From the NCBI GenBank assembly GCA_903952435.1, contig CAJBFN010000009.1:92-64091 (forward strand): a stretch of 64,000 nucleotides of DNA, written 5' to 3'. The notes below the pieces were generated by a model. That model worked only from the letters and a program-made list of their open reading frames with translations. It searched no databases and had not been told where the DNA came from. Of this stretch, positions 35,279 to 44,422 are shown in pieces. The position numbers and the translations under genes are program-made. The stretch comes from an uncultured bacterium. GTDB lineage: Bacteria > Patescibacteriota > Saccharimonadia > Saccharimonadales > Saccharimonadaceae. Each line of letters starts with the position of its first letter. Position 1 is the stretch's first letter.

Positions 35279-37591
35279 TTAATCTTGACGATTCCTAATT
35301 GATTTACCGGCATCACCAGCAATCTTCCACTGAAGCACCGCCACCGCAATAACCGCGATTAGTATTGGCCAAATATTAACATAAGATGGAGTAGTAAATT
35401 TAAAGAACTCACGAATAAAATCAATGCCGAAGCTTGGTAGAACAATCAGAACGGTCGTCAAGAAATACAACCCAAAAGCTATTCTGGTTTTGCGAGTATA
35501 TTTAATATAGAACATCCTTGGTACCAAGAACACTAAATAAATTCCAAAGAAAGTAGCAATCAGAACGGTTGTAGTCACAACTCCCCTTAAATCGCCGGGG
35601 TGCAAAATATGTAAGGATATGTAAGATATCGCAACCATTAAACCAGATAATATAGCTATTGGCATAACCGCCTTTAGGGTATCTTTCCAGAAAAACTTTG
35701 GTGAGATGCGTCGCATTGGTTGAGGGGCAAAGATCGCCCACATAATCGTAGGTGTCGTAACTAAGAACATATTAAGAAAAGTTATATGCCTTGGGTCGAA
35801 CGGAAATACAACGCCTAAAGACAAGGTTATGACTAACAAAATTATACTGTAGGTAAGTTTATGAAAGAACAGCACAGCTATTAACTCGATTGCCTGGATG
35901 ACTTTATTACCTAATTTCATACCTAGTGGCAAAGAATTAAATGAATTATTCATTAAGACTATATCAGCAACGCGTCTAGTTGCGACTGCGCCAGCATACA
36001 TTGCCACGCCAAGATCGGATTTTTTAAGGGCTAAAGCGTCATTAACACCGTCACCAACCATGCCAGTAAAATTACCCAAACGCTTGAAGGTGTCGACTAG
36101 TCGTTCTTTTTGCTCGGGCAGAACCCTAGCAAAAATAGTCGTATTCATTACTTTTTCATCCCAATCTTCATCAGATATTTCTTGTAATTTTGCACCAGTT
36201 AGCACTCGATGATGATTTATAATACCGGCTTTTTTAGCAACATAACGAACCGTGTCTGGGTTGTCGCCACTAATAACGCGAATGCTGACATTATTTTTTT
36301 GCAAGTACTCAACAGTTTTTTCGACGCCATCACGCAACTCATTAGATAGCACTATCAGGCCGACAGCCTTGCCAGAATTATCTGATAGCTCTTTAATCGA
36401 AACATCAGTATCCTTAAACATCGCCACCAACATAATCCTCTTGCCTTCGCCAGCCAGTCCGGCAATTCTAATTTTTTGAGTCGAAGAAAGCGGTGCCAAC
36501 TCGCCAAGAAACTCTGGCGCACCAGCAAAAATAGTATAAATTTCTTTACCGTATTTTACCTTTATACCACTCATTTTTCGAGCCGATGAAAACGCCACAA
36601 CTTGTAATATTTCATAACTCTTAGGCTTTAATATACCGTCAACGATAGCGCTACTGGTGCTATTGCCGTTGCCAGTCTCTTTGGCTAATATATAAACCAA
36701 ATCGTTTATCGGAGCATTGTAATCTCCAAATAATTCCACATTTTCAAAAGCTATCTTGTCACTAGTTAAGGTGCCAGTTTTATCAACACATAAAACATCC
36801 AGTAGCGCCATGGCTTCAATTGCTGCTAATTTTTGTGGTAAAACTTTGGCCCGCGCTAATTTTATTGATCCATAGGCAAGCAAAAGGGAACTAGCCAATA
36901 GTAATCCTTCTGGCACAATCGTAACAGCGGCCGAAGTGATTGTTTTAAATATAACAATCATGTTTTGACCATAAAATGAATAAAATATAAAAATAGATAG
37001 CGCCAACCCCAAAGCGCCATAAGTCAAAAACGTAATTGCATGAGATATCGCAGCTTGTAATGGTGTTAATTGGGGGCTGTAATGTTTTAAAGTAGCAGTC
37101 ATCTTACCGACTTTCGTATTTACCCCAACGCTTGAAACGGCAGCCGTGGCACCACCGGCGACTACAGTACAGGCCGCATAAACAACCGAGTCTTTATTTT
37201 TTTCAACCGGAGCAGATTCGCCAGTCAGAATACTCTCGTCAACCTCAAGCCCCGAACTAGTTAAGATTTGTCCATCGGCTGGTACCTCATCGCCACTTTG
37301 CAGCTGAATAATATCGCCAATTTTTAATTGATCAAAAGGCATTTCTTTAACCTTGCCACTAGCCGATATAACCCTTGCCATAGGTGCACTCATCAACTCT
37401 AATTTTTTAAGTTCGCGCTGAGCCCTAGTTTCCTGAATAATTGCCAAAATAGTGTTAATCACGATCACCGACGAAACAAACATCGAATCTTGTTTTTCAC
37501 CAAGGATTAATAATATTACCGACAATATAAGAATCGCAATTACGATAGGCGATATAAAATTTCGGCGTACGATTCTAAAGAAATCTTTCAT
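35279..37591 (-). CDS. cation-transporting P-type ATPase
   Basis: DKTGTLT phosphorylation site, TGES, GDGVNDA. Confidence 0.9.
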   Translation of the reverse strand: MKDFFRIVRRNFISPIVIAILILSVILLILGEKQDSMFVSSVIVINTILAIIQETRAQRELKKLELMSAPMARVISASGKVKEMPFDQLKIGDIIQLQSGDEVPADGQILTSSGLEVDESILTGESAPVEKNKDSVVYAACTVVAGGATAAVSSVGVNTKVGKMTATLKHYSPQLTPLQAAISHAITFLTYGALGLALSIFIFYSFYGQNMIVIFKTITSAAVTIVPEGLLLASSLLLAYGSIKLARAKVLPQKLAAIEAMALLDVLCVDKTGTLTSDKIAFENVELFGDYNAPINDLVYILAKETGNGNSTSSAIVDGILKPKSYEILQVVAFSSARKMSGIKVKYGKEIYTIFAGAPEFLGELAPLSSTQKIRIAGLAGEGKRIMLVAMFKDTDVSIKELSDNSGKAVGLIVLSNELRDGVEKTVEYLQKNNVSIRVISGDNPDTVRYVAKKAGIINHHRVLTGAKLQEISDEDWDEKVMNTTIFARVLPEQKERLVDTFKRLGNFTGMVGDGVNDALALKKSDLGVAMYAGAVATRRVADIVLMNNSFNSLPLGMKLGNKVIQAIELIAVLFFHKLTYSIILLVITLSLGVVFPFDPRHITFLNMFLVTTPTIMWAIFAPQPMRRISPKFFWKDTLKAVMPIAILSGLMVAISYISLHILHPGDLRGVVTTTVLIATFFGIYLVFLVPRMFYIKYTRKTRIAFGLYFLTTVLIVLPSFGIDFIREFFKFTTPSYVNIWPILIAVIAVAVLQWKIAGDAGKSIRNRQD

Positions 37592-37630
37592 ATGCTTTAA
37601 ATATATTATATTGGTTTTCTAGGTTTATTA

Positions 37631-37885
37631 CTACGATGCAATACTTAGTAATGTCCAGGCGCCGTCAAAGTCGTGTCTTAAGTGATAGTCAGCCTTGCCG
37701 TCAGATAAAGTTAAGAACTCGGCAATATTGCCACTACAACTCATTAAACATCGTAGACCAGCATCGATAAAGTTATATGTCGAGCCACGAAACTCGATTC
37801 GGCGAGGGTAGGCAACTAGATTTTTATTTTTGCGAAAACCCATTGAAGTTACTGTAATTTGCTCGTTGATTTGAATCTTTTTCAT
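37631..37885 (-). CDS. hypothetical protein
   Basis: 84-aa ORF with GGAGG SD, immediately upstream of the ATPase. Confidence 0.5.
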   Translation of the reverse strand: MKKIQINEQITVTSMGFRKNKNLVAYPRRIEFRGSTYNFIDAGLRCLMSCSGNIAEFLTLSDGKADYHLRHDFDGAWTLLSIAS

Positions 37886-38238
37886 GATGATAATCCTCCA
37901 TAATTTATTTTTAAAGTTTAGGTGCCTGAGTCAATCAAAAACTACCGGAGCAATTTTTTGACCAGTTAACGGATTTTTTGGTGAGTAAGTCAGATAGGAA
38001 TATAAAACCGTTTATATATATTCTTTTTACTGATTGTTACTTTAAAAATATTTATCGTTTACCGTAGTAATATAACTGACGGATAAACTTATGGTGGCTA
38101 AAAGCCTACAAGTGGAAAGGTTTTAACCAGTACCTGTATGACTAATACCAGTATACCCCAGCCGATACTGCGGGCGTCAATTAAAAAATGATGTAAAATT
38201 GTGGTCTGGTCATTTCTCAGATGTGCTAAAATGACCCT

Positions 38239-38820
38239 ATGGCAATATTAGAAATACTACAAATCGGTGACCCTAGACTAAAAAGTAAAAACGTAGACTT
38301 AAAACCCGCCGATACTAAATTAATCAAAAAGATCGTTGCTGATATGGTTGATACCATGGGCAAAGATAAAATCGTCGGATTGGCCGCGCCACAAATAGGT
38401 GAAAACTTCAAATTATTTATTACCGAGCCACGCGAAACACCTTACCGTGCCGCTGATCAATCAGATATATTACGAGTTTTTATTAATCCTAAAATCATTG
38501 AATTCTCTAAACGTAAAACAACCATATATGAAGGTTGTGGCAGTGTTGCCGCAAATTTCTTTGGACCAGTTATTAGACCAGCCGAAATTGTAGTCGAAGC
38601 CTATGACATAGATTTTAAAAAATTCCAACTACGTTGCGATGGTATGCTGGCTCGGGTTATCCAGCATGAATACGACCATCTATCAGGTATCGAATTTGTT
38701 GAAAAAATTAGTGACTATAAAAAAATTATGAACTTTGAATTTTACAATAAAAACATTCGAACCTCACCAACTCAGGCATCAGCCAGTAAAATATCAGTTA
38801 TTGAGTTTACTCAGCTATAA
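38239..38820 (+). CDS. def: peptide deformylase
   Basis: GLAAPQIG, EGCGS (variant of EGCLS), QHEYDHLSG. Confidence 0.9.
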   Translation: MAILEILQIGDPRLKSKNVDLKPADTKLIKKIVADMVDTMGKDKIVGLAAPQIGENFKLFITEPRETPYRAADQSDILRVFINPKIIEFSKRKTTIYEGCGSVAANFFGPVIRPAEIVVEAYDIDFKKFQLRCDGMLARVIQHEYDHLSGIEFVEKISDYKKIMNFEFYNKNIRTSPTQASASKISVIEFTQL

Positions 38821-39957
38821 TTTGCGCGCGTCAACGCCAACAGCTTCACTAATATGAGCAAAACCATCGCGTTTTAAGAATCGCGAAACGCCTTCATTAA
38901 TTTCAGCCGCCAGTTGAGGGCCACAATAAATCAGGCCGCTAATAATTTCAACCAGACTGGCACCTAGACGGATTTTTTTATAAGCATCTTCCGCCGTAAA
39001 AATTCCTCCGACACCAATAATCTTTAGGTTATCACCATAATTTAAATAAGTTTGACGAATTAATTCATTGCCAATATCTTCTGTTAATTTTCCGCTCATA
39101 CCGCCCAAAACCGTATCTGGCAAATTATCTAATTTATTAACTATCGATCGATCCTTAGTTAGATTAGCAATCGTAACTCCTGAAATTTTATACAAAACTG
39201 CCACATCTAATAACTTCTTGAAATCCGACCATTTTAAATCAACTGGCATCTTTAAGAATATTGGTTTTTTAATGCCTATTTTATTTACCGCTTTTAAAAG
39301 GCGTGTCAATTTTTCAGGATCAGTAAAAGGTTCGCCACCATAAGTATTAGGGCAAGAAATATTAATTTCGATCATCTTGATTCGCGGTTCAGACTTGGCG
39401 CGAGTTATAGTTTTAACATAGTCATCAATTCCTTCCGCCACGCTAACAACCTCCTTGCAGTTGGTCTTAGCAACTGACAATATAACAGGAAAGTTACCGA
39501 TCGACTTGTCTGAATAGGCGCGTACTCGCCCTAGAACACCCTCGGACCCTTCGTTGGCTAAACCAGCGTGCACAACCAAGGACTGCGAATTAGGCAATCT
39601 ATAAAACCAGGGCCTAGGGTTGCCAGCGCATTTTTTCGCCGTGACCGAGCCAATTTCCATAAAGCCAAATCCAAGTCTGGACATCATTGGTATAACTTCG
39701 CCGTTTTTATCAAAACCAGCCGAAACGCCAACTGGTCGCTTAAAATCAACACCACAGATTTTTTGCGCTAACGATTTATCATCTTTACCTTTAAACAAAA
39801 AACCAACCAGAGCTCGAAAAAAAGCATATTTTCCACCCCAAGACGTCAAAGCAATCATGTCGCTATGAGTTTTGTCTGGCGGAATTTTAAATAAAAGTGG
39901 CTTGGCCAAATATTTATATGACCATCTGTTATATCTTAAAAAAGCACGTCGAAACAT
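38815..39957 (-). CDS. pyrD: dihydroorotate dehydrogenase, class 2 (quinone-type) like
   Basis: GFGFMEIGSVT, NISCPNT, GVGGI motifs; N-terminal extension typical of class 2. Confidence 0.8.
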   Translation of the reverse strand: MFRRAFLRYNRWSYKYLAKPLLFKIPPDKTHSDMIALTSWGGKYAFFRALVGFLFKGKDDKSLAQKICGVDFKRPVGVSAGFDKNGEVIPMMSRLGFGFMEIGSVTAKKCAGNPRPWFYRLPNSQSLVVHAGLANEGSEGVLGRVRAYSDKSIGNFPVILSVAKTNCKEVVSVAEGIDDYVKTITRAKSEPRIKMIEINISCPNTYGGEPFTDPEKLTRLLKAVNKIGIKKPIFLKMPVDLKWSDFKKLLDVAVLYKISGVTIANLTKDRSIVNKLDNLPDTVLGGMSGKLTEDIGNELIRQTYLNYGDNLKIIGVGGIFTAEDAYKKIRLGASLVEIISGLIYCGPQLAAEINEGVSRFLKRDGFAHISEAVGVDARKL

Positions 39958-40042
39958 CAGTTTAAAACCCTCTATTTTTTATAATCTTGATACCAGTATA
40001 ACAAATATTCGTTTATAATAGATTTATCAGATAGGGGTAATT

Positions 40043-41233
40043 ATGAAAAAAAAGATTAATGATTTAATAGATACAACAAAAAAAGCGTTAAAGAATATTT
40101 TACCAAATATACAACCACTAAAATTTAAAACCTTAAATAATATTATTCTAAGTGGGCCAAACTTAATTAACAATTTTAATTTAATCCAGTCTCAGCACCC
40201 AAAATTTCAGATAATTCCGGTCTTAAAATCTAATGCTTATGGACATGGTATCGTTCAAATTGGACGATTACTGAACCTAGTAAAATGCAAAATGGTTGCC
40301 GTTGATGGTTATTTTGAGGCACTAGAACTATCAAAGATATCAAATCACAAAATATTAATAATGGGATATATTGATAAGGCTAATTTTAGAATTTTGAAAC
40401 TTAAAAAATACTCTTTTGTTATCCAAAGTGCCGATGACCTAATCACGCTAGGACGACTCAATAAAAAAATAGCTATTCATCTAGAGCTAAACACCGGAAT
40501 GAACCGTTTGGGTTTACAGCCAGATGAGCTAAATCATTACCTAAAAACCATTCAACGATTTCCAAAAATAAAACTAGAAGGTGTTATGACGCACCTGGCA
40601 GATGCTGATAATATCAACAATTCATTTACCAAAAAACAGCTTAAATCTTTCGATGAGGCAGTCGAATATATCCTAAATAAAGGATTCAAACTAAAATATA
40701 TTCACATCGCCCAAACTGCCGGTAGTGTAAAGGTCGAAAGTAAATATGCTAATGCTATTCGTGTCGGTATTGGTCTTTACGGAATTAATCCGTTAGCACC
40801 TAGCGATAACTATTTTAAAGATCTAGAAAAATTAATGCCGATATTAGAATTAAAAAGTAAAATCATCAAAGTCCAACAACTAGAAGAAGGCGACAAAGTC
40901 AGTTACGGCGGCATCTTTACTGCCAACAGACCAATGCAAATTGGTATATTGCCAGTAGGTTATTACGAGGGAGTCCCGCGCGAGCTTAGCAACTGCGGAT
41001 TTATTACTCACGAAGACACAACCTTACCAATTATCGGTCGTGTTTGCATGAACCATACGATTATTGATCTAAAAGACTCGAAACTAAAGGTTGGCGACGA
41101 AGTTACGGTAATCAGTGCCAATCCATCTGCGCCAAATTCAATCGCCAATATCGCCAAAAATAATAAACTATTTAACTATTCGTTATTAACTGGATTATCA
41201 AGCACTATTCGACGAATCATAAACTATATTTAG
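40043..41233 (+). CDS. alr: alanine racemase
   Basis: VLKSNAYGHG PLP-lysine motif; C-terminal GRVCMN. Confidence 0.9.
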   Translation: MKKKINDLIDTTKKALKNILPNIQPLKFKTLNNIILSGPNLINNFNLIQSQHPKFQIIPVLKSNAYGHGIVQIGRLLNLVKCKMVAVDGYFEALELSKISNHKILIMGYIDKANFRILKLKKYSFVIQSADDLITLGRLNKKIAIHLELNTGMNRLGLQPDELNHYLKTIQRFPKIKLEGVMTHLADADNINNSFTKKQLKSFDEAVEYILNKGFKLKYIHIAQTAGSVKVESKYANAIRVGIGLYGINPLAPSDNYFKDLEKLMPILELKSKIIKVQQLEEGDKVSYGGIFTANRPMQIGILPVGYYEGVPRELSNCGFITHEDTTLPIIGRVCMNHTIIDLKDSKLKVGDEVTVISANPSAPNSIANIAKNNKLFNYSLLTGLSSTIRRIINYI

Positions 41234-41297
41234 ACTAGCCCTTATCTTAAAAAGATGATACAATTAATCTAATATAAATTACTGAACGGAATTAACT

Positions 41298-41384
41298 ATG
41301 CGAAAAAATAGAAACGGACACAGCGCCGACACTAAACGAGCCTTAAAGAAAAAACTAAAAGCCGCTAACAAAAAGCGTATCTAA
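41298..41384 (+). CDS. 28-aa highly basic peptide (speculative)
   Basis: Hand translation MRKNRNGHSADTKRALKKKLKAANKKRI; weak SD; followed directly by a strong terminator. Confidence 0.3.
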   Translation: MRKNRNGHSADTKRALKKKLKAANKKRI

Positions 41385-41393
41385 ACCAACAAG

Positions 41394-41423
41394 AATGATG
41401 AGCCAAAAACTCATCATTTTTTT
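41394..41423 (+). terminator. intrinsic terminator
   Basis: AATGATGAG-7 nt-CTCATCATT plus T7. Confidence 0.8.
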
Positions 41424-41464
41424 ATGGGCTTTTATAGTGATGAGTTATCTAGTATTATTCAATT

Positions 41465-42142
41465 ATGGATAAAAACTCTACAAAAAGTAGATGTGCTAAA
41501 CTTTACCAACAGGCAAACAATCTATTGTTGAGATTTGGACCCAAAAAGTATCTACTACTAACCCTATCTATCTTCGTTCTTGGATTCTTTATGGCCGCCA
41601 TTATGACACGTGACAAAGAGTGGTGGGTTAGATCAACTTGCTCGCTTGGCATGAGAATCAACGGAACGCCCGAATTCTACAATTACTCTTTTATAATTGT
41701 CGGGGTAATGTTAATTATATTTGTTATTTATCTAAAGCCACAAATACAATCATTAATATCCAAAAATCTACTAACTAAAACAAAAACTATCACACTAACC
41801 ATTCTATATTTCATCGAAATAATAACCCTGATATTAGTCGGCGCTATACCTTACGGAGACTCGGACTGGACAAATAAAATCCACGTTTGGTTCGGCTTTT
41901 ATGTATTTATTAATCTTGGCATAGCCATGTTTTTTGCCTTTTGGTTCTTTCGAAAATTTTCAAAAAAGTTTTTAATTACAAATTATATATTACTTATAAT
42001 TGGCATGTTATCCTACTTTCTTGGCATAGGAGCCCAGTTGCTGCCATACGCTATCGCCGAAATGATAACAATTATTGTAGTCCTGAGCTGGATGGGCATG
42101 ACATTTATAGAAATCGACGAACTTAGTAAAATTAAAAAATAA
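41465..42142 (+). CDS. integral membrane protein (about 6 TM)
   Basis: ORF track; hydrophobicity pattern. Confidence 0.6.
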   Translation: MDKNSTKSRCAKLYQQANNLLLRFGPKKYLLLTLSIFVLGFFMAAIMTRDKEWWVRSTCSLGMRINGTPEFYNYSFIIVGVMLIIFVIYLKPQIQSLISKNLLTKTKTITLTILYFIEIITLILVGAIPYGDSDWTNKIHVWFGFYVFINLGIAMFFAFWFFRKFSKKFLITNYILLIIGMLSYFLGIGAQLLPYAIAEMITIIVVLSWMGMTFIEIDELSKIKK

Positions 42143-42223
42143 ACATATATATTATTGCATTTTTAAGCCAATTGTGATAATATTTAGATATCAAGACGAA
42201 AAGAGTTCCAAACGGCTGATTAC

Positions 42224-42757
42224 CTAAGGAGCTCTTTTCTTTTTTCTGTTATCTATATGAGCAATCTTTTTCTTTACATCTTTCTCGTCCAAATATGCAA
42301 AATACTTCGCACCTATTTGTTTGTACAAAGAAGATCTAAATTTTTTATTTGGGAATAATATCTTTTCAAATCGATTTTCTTCTATTAAAAAATCTACAAG
42401 CATTTTATAATCTCCATCGCCAGAAACTAATACAATCTTGCCAAATTTTTCTTTTGAATATAATCGCTTCATGACGGAAAATATAATGTCAGAGTCAACA
42501 TTACCTTTTTTATTACCGATCATCGCTGCATTATGCTGCCTAAAAACAAGAATAAATCCAGCATTTTGAATACTCTCGTAAAGCTGTTCTATTTTAACGC
42601 CATCCTGAACATAGCCCAGGTAATAAAATGCCTTTTCGATACCATATTTCTCGCGAAGATACACCCTAAATTTTGCCAAATCGATTTTCCAAGAAGGCTC
42701 GGCACTTGCCGTACCAAGATGTAAATTCTGTCCATCTACATAACAATAATTATTCAT
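42224..42757 (-). CDS. NYN-domain (LabA/DUF88-like, PIN-like RNase fold) protein
   Basis: MNNYCYVDGQNL...VLVSGDGDY motifs. The ORF-track N-terminal extension to 42883 overlaps tRNA-like sequence and was trimmed. Confidence 0.8.
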   Translation of the reverse strand: MNNYCYVDGQNLHLGTASAEPSWKIDLAKFRVYLREKYGIEKAFYYLGYVQDGVKIEQLYESIQNAGFILVFRQHNAAMIGNKKGNVDSDIIFSVMKRLYSKEKFGKIVLVSGDGDYKMLVDFLIEENRFEKILFPNKKFRSSLYKQIGAKYFAYLDEKDVKKKIAHIDNRKKKRAP

Positions 42758-42804
42758 ATTACAGATACAATTATACCACTTTATGTTATAATTTATCTTG
42801 TTAT

Positions 42805-42940
42805 TGGGGATTCGCCAAGTGGTAAGGTGAAGATTATCAGTGATAATCTGCAAGGCCGGAGACTGGATTGCGAACGCAACCAAGCGAGGCGGGATCGCAG
42901 AAAATTATGGAATAATTTTACTGTGACATGGTTTCTGGCA
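42805..42940 (+). ncRNA. tRNA-Gln-derived 5' fragment carrying structured module A (core 42826-42927)
   Basis: 42805-42827 is identical to the first 23 nt of tRNA-Gln; 42929-42938 equals its anticodon-loop region; the ~100-nt insert between them folds into 5 hairpins. TATAAT box at 42787. Confidence 0.45.
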
Positions 42941-42995
42941 CAGGCTACCAAAATATAGCAACGCACAACTTAATAGATTATAATGCATTATGTAA

Positions 42996-43070
42996 TGGGG
43001 ATTCGCCAAGTGGTAAGGCACTGGTTTCTGGTACCAGCATTCGGGGGTTCGAATCCCTCATCCCCAGCCA
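42996..43070 (+). tRNA. tRNA-Gln (anticodon CUG), CCA encoded
   Basis: Hand-folded cloverleaf: U1-A72 acceptor, anticodon stem CTGGT/ACCAG, loop TTCTGGT, T arm GGGGG-TTCGAAT-CCCTC, discriminator G. Close to the E. coli tRNA-Gln pattern. Confidence 0.9.
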
Positions 43071-43077
43071 TAAAAAT

Positions 43078-43110
43078 ATAACTCACCATTTTTGGTGGGT
43101 TATATTTTTA
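43078..43110 (+). terminator. intrinsic terminator after tRNA-Gln
   Basis: ATAACTCACCA-TTTT-TGGTGGGTTAT plus T-run. Confidence 0.75.
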
Positions 43111-43121
43111 TAATTGAGATT

Positions 43122-43326
43122 AGGGGATTCGGGAACCCGAATGTCTCATTCGGGGGTGAGAACTGCCTAGAATGGCAATTCGCAAGGCCGGAAGCCGGAT
43201 GGCGAACGTCACCGACTGAGGCGGGGTCGAGAAAAATTACGAGGTAATTTTATCGTGACCGAATCCCTCCTGTTTTTAAAAACAAGCGGAGGAGCAACTT
43301 GTTGCGATATCCCTCATCCCCAGCCA
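43122..43326 (+). ncRNA. tRNA-Gln-like minihelix RNA carrying structured module B (core 43155-43259)
   Basis: Starts GGGGATTCG; contains CATTCGGGGGT, CGAATCCCTC and an exact 18-nt copy of the tRNA 3' end with GCCA. TATAAT box at 43109-43114, 7 nt upstream; terminator downstream. Confidence 0.5.
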
Positions 43327-43330
43327 CAAA

Positions 43331-43358
43331 AAGAAGTCGGATCTATTTCGACTTCTTT
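43331..43358 (+). terminator. terminator-like hairpin
   Basis: AAGAAGTCG-9 nt-CGACTTCTT, then TTC. Confidence 0.55.
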
Positions 43359-43435
43359 CATAGCTAAGCTTAACTATTCCCCGAACATGGATACCCATAA
43401 TGTAGTAATTTGTACTTTGTAGGGGAATCTGTATA

Positions 43436-44422
43436 ATGGTAGATAATACTATAAACCTTACGAAAGGGCATCTCGTGAATAAACAAAAATATCAATCAGG
43501 GTTCGCACATCATCTAATAATCATAATATCAATTGTAGTTGTAGTTATTGGATCTTTGGGATATGTATATTGGAAGAATTTTATGCAGCCAAAAGTTACA
43601 GCTAATAATACGACAAGTGTTACAAAGCCCGACGGCACAATCGTGACTACAAAACTTGACGCAGATGGCAAGACTATTACTGTGACAAATGCACCCGATG
43701 GAACATCCACTACGGCTAAACCTGACGGTACGGTTGTTGTCGAGAAAGTGAATCCTGATGGTGCCGTGATAGCTACGGAAACTAAATCGGACGGCGCAAC
43801 CACCGACACAGTAATAAGGCAAGCCGTAACAGCACCTGAAACACCAAATGTGTCAGTGACCGGTAATGGCGCCACTTTGGTCGCTATTTATTCCCAATTT
43901 ACTATATCTGGTGCCGGAGCGGAAGGTTATGAAGTATTCAAATCAACAAACTCGAGCGAATACGCATTTTATAATAGGATAGCCGCCTCGCCCGCAGGAA
44001 GTAGTGTAACTATGAGCGCTAATGCCTATAGAGGTGAAACATGCGGTTATAAAGTAAGAGCATATAAAAAAGACGGGGAAGTCTATGTATATAGTGGTTT
44101 TTCATCACCACAAACATTAACTAATTCGACTAGTCCTTTAATAGCAACACCTACAATTTCAATCGGAGGAGCTGGTGCTGAGGGCGATTCATACGGCATG
44201 TTGCTGGTAATGGCGGATACAGATGATGTTAGTGGGTTCCAAATGTTTAGATCTACTTCGGGTGTTGACGGAGAATATACGCTCCTAGAGCAAATAAATG
44301 ACGCTAACGAGTTTTCAGTTACTATACCAATCGGGCAAACTTATTATTATAAAGCGAAGGCATTTGTAACTGATGGCGAGACTACCCTATATAGTGATTT
44401 CTCGACAGTCAAGTCAAGCTAA
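43436..44422 (+). CDS. N-terminally anchored surface protein with PDGT repeats and two Ig/Fn3-like repeats
   Basis: TM helix HHLIIIISIVVVVIGSLGYVYW; repeated (K/A)PDGT units; two repeats ending Y.(V/A)(R/K)A(Y/F)...YS.FS. The ATG overlaps a TATAAT box, so the GTG at 43475 after AAAGGG is an alternative start. Confidence 0.65.
   Translation: MVDNTINLTKGHLVNKQKYQSGFAHHLIIIISIVVVVIGSLGYVYWKNFMQPKVTANNTTSVTKPDGTIVTTKLDADGKTITVTNAPDGTSTTAKPDGTVVVEKVNPDGAVIATETKSDGATTDTVIRQAVTAPETPNVSVTGNGATLVAIYSQFTISGAGAEGYEVFKSTNSSEYAFYNRIAASPAGSSVTMSANAYRGETCGYKVRAYKKDGEVYVYSGFSSPQTLTNSTSPLIATPTISIGGAGAEGDSYGMLLVMADTDDVSGFQMFRSTSGVDGEYTLLEQINDANEFSVTIPIGQTYYYKAKAFVTDGETTLYSDFSTVKSS

Noticed and set aside
42758-42883. 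N-terminal 42 codons of the ORF-track version of the NYN-domain gene (42224-42883)
   Set aside because: The extension runs antisense through the tRNA-Gln-like fragment and module A. The NYN domain starts right at the internal Met (MNNYCYVDGQNL) at 42757.
42928-43113. 61-aa ORF covering the tRNA-Gln gene
   Set aside because: It is entirely explained by the tRNA gene and its flanks.
42826-43259. Modules A/B as a group I intron, or as a hammerhead or twister self-cleaving ribozyme
   Set aside because: At about 100 nt they are too small for a group I core, and the insertion sites are not in the anticodon loop. The CUGAnGA...GAAA hammerhead core is present only partially in copy B and is not conserved in copy A. 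Resemblance to the twister CCGG...CCGGAU segment is superficial. Only a covariance-model scan could settle this.
43122-43326. tmRNA (tRNA-like ends, GGGG 5' start, GCCA 3' end)
   Set aside because: It is only about 205 nt. The T-arm is not contiguous at the 3' end, there is no G-U alanine identity pair, ACCA end, resume codon or tag ORF, and the ends are clearly tRNA-Gln-derived.
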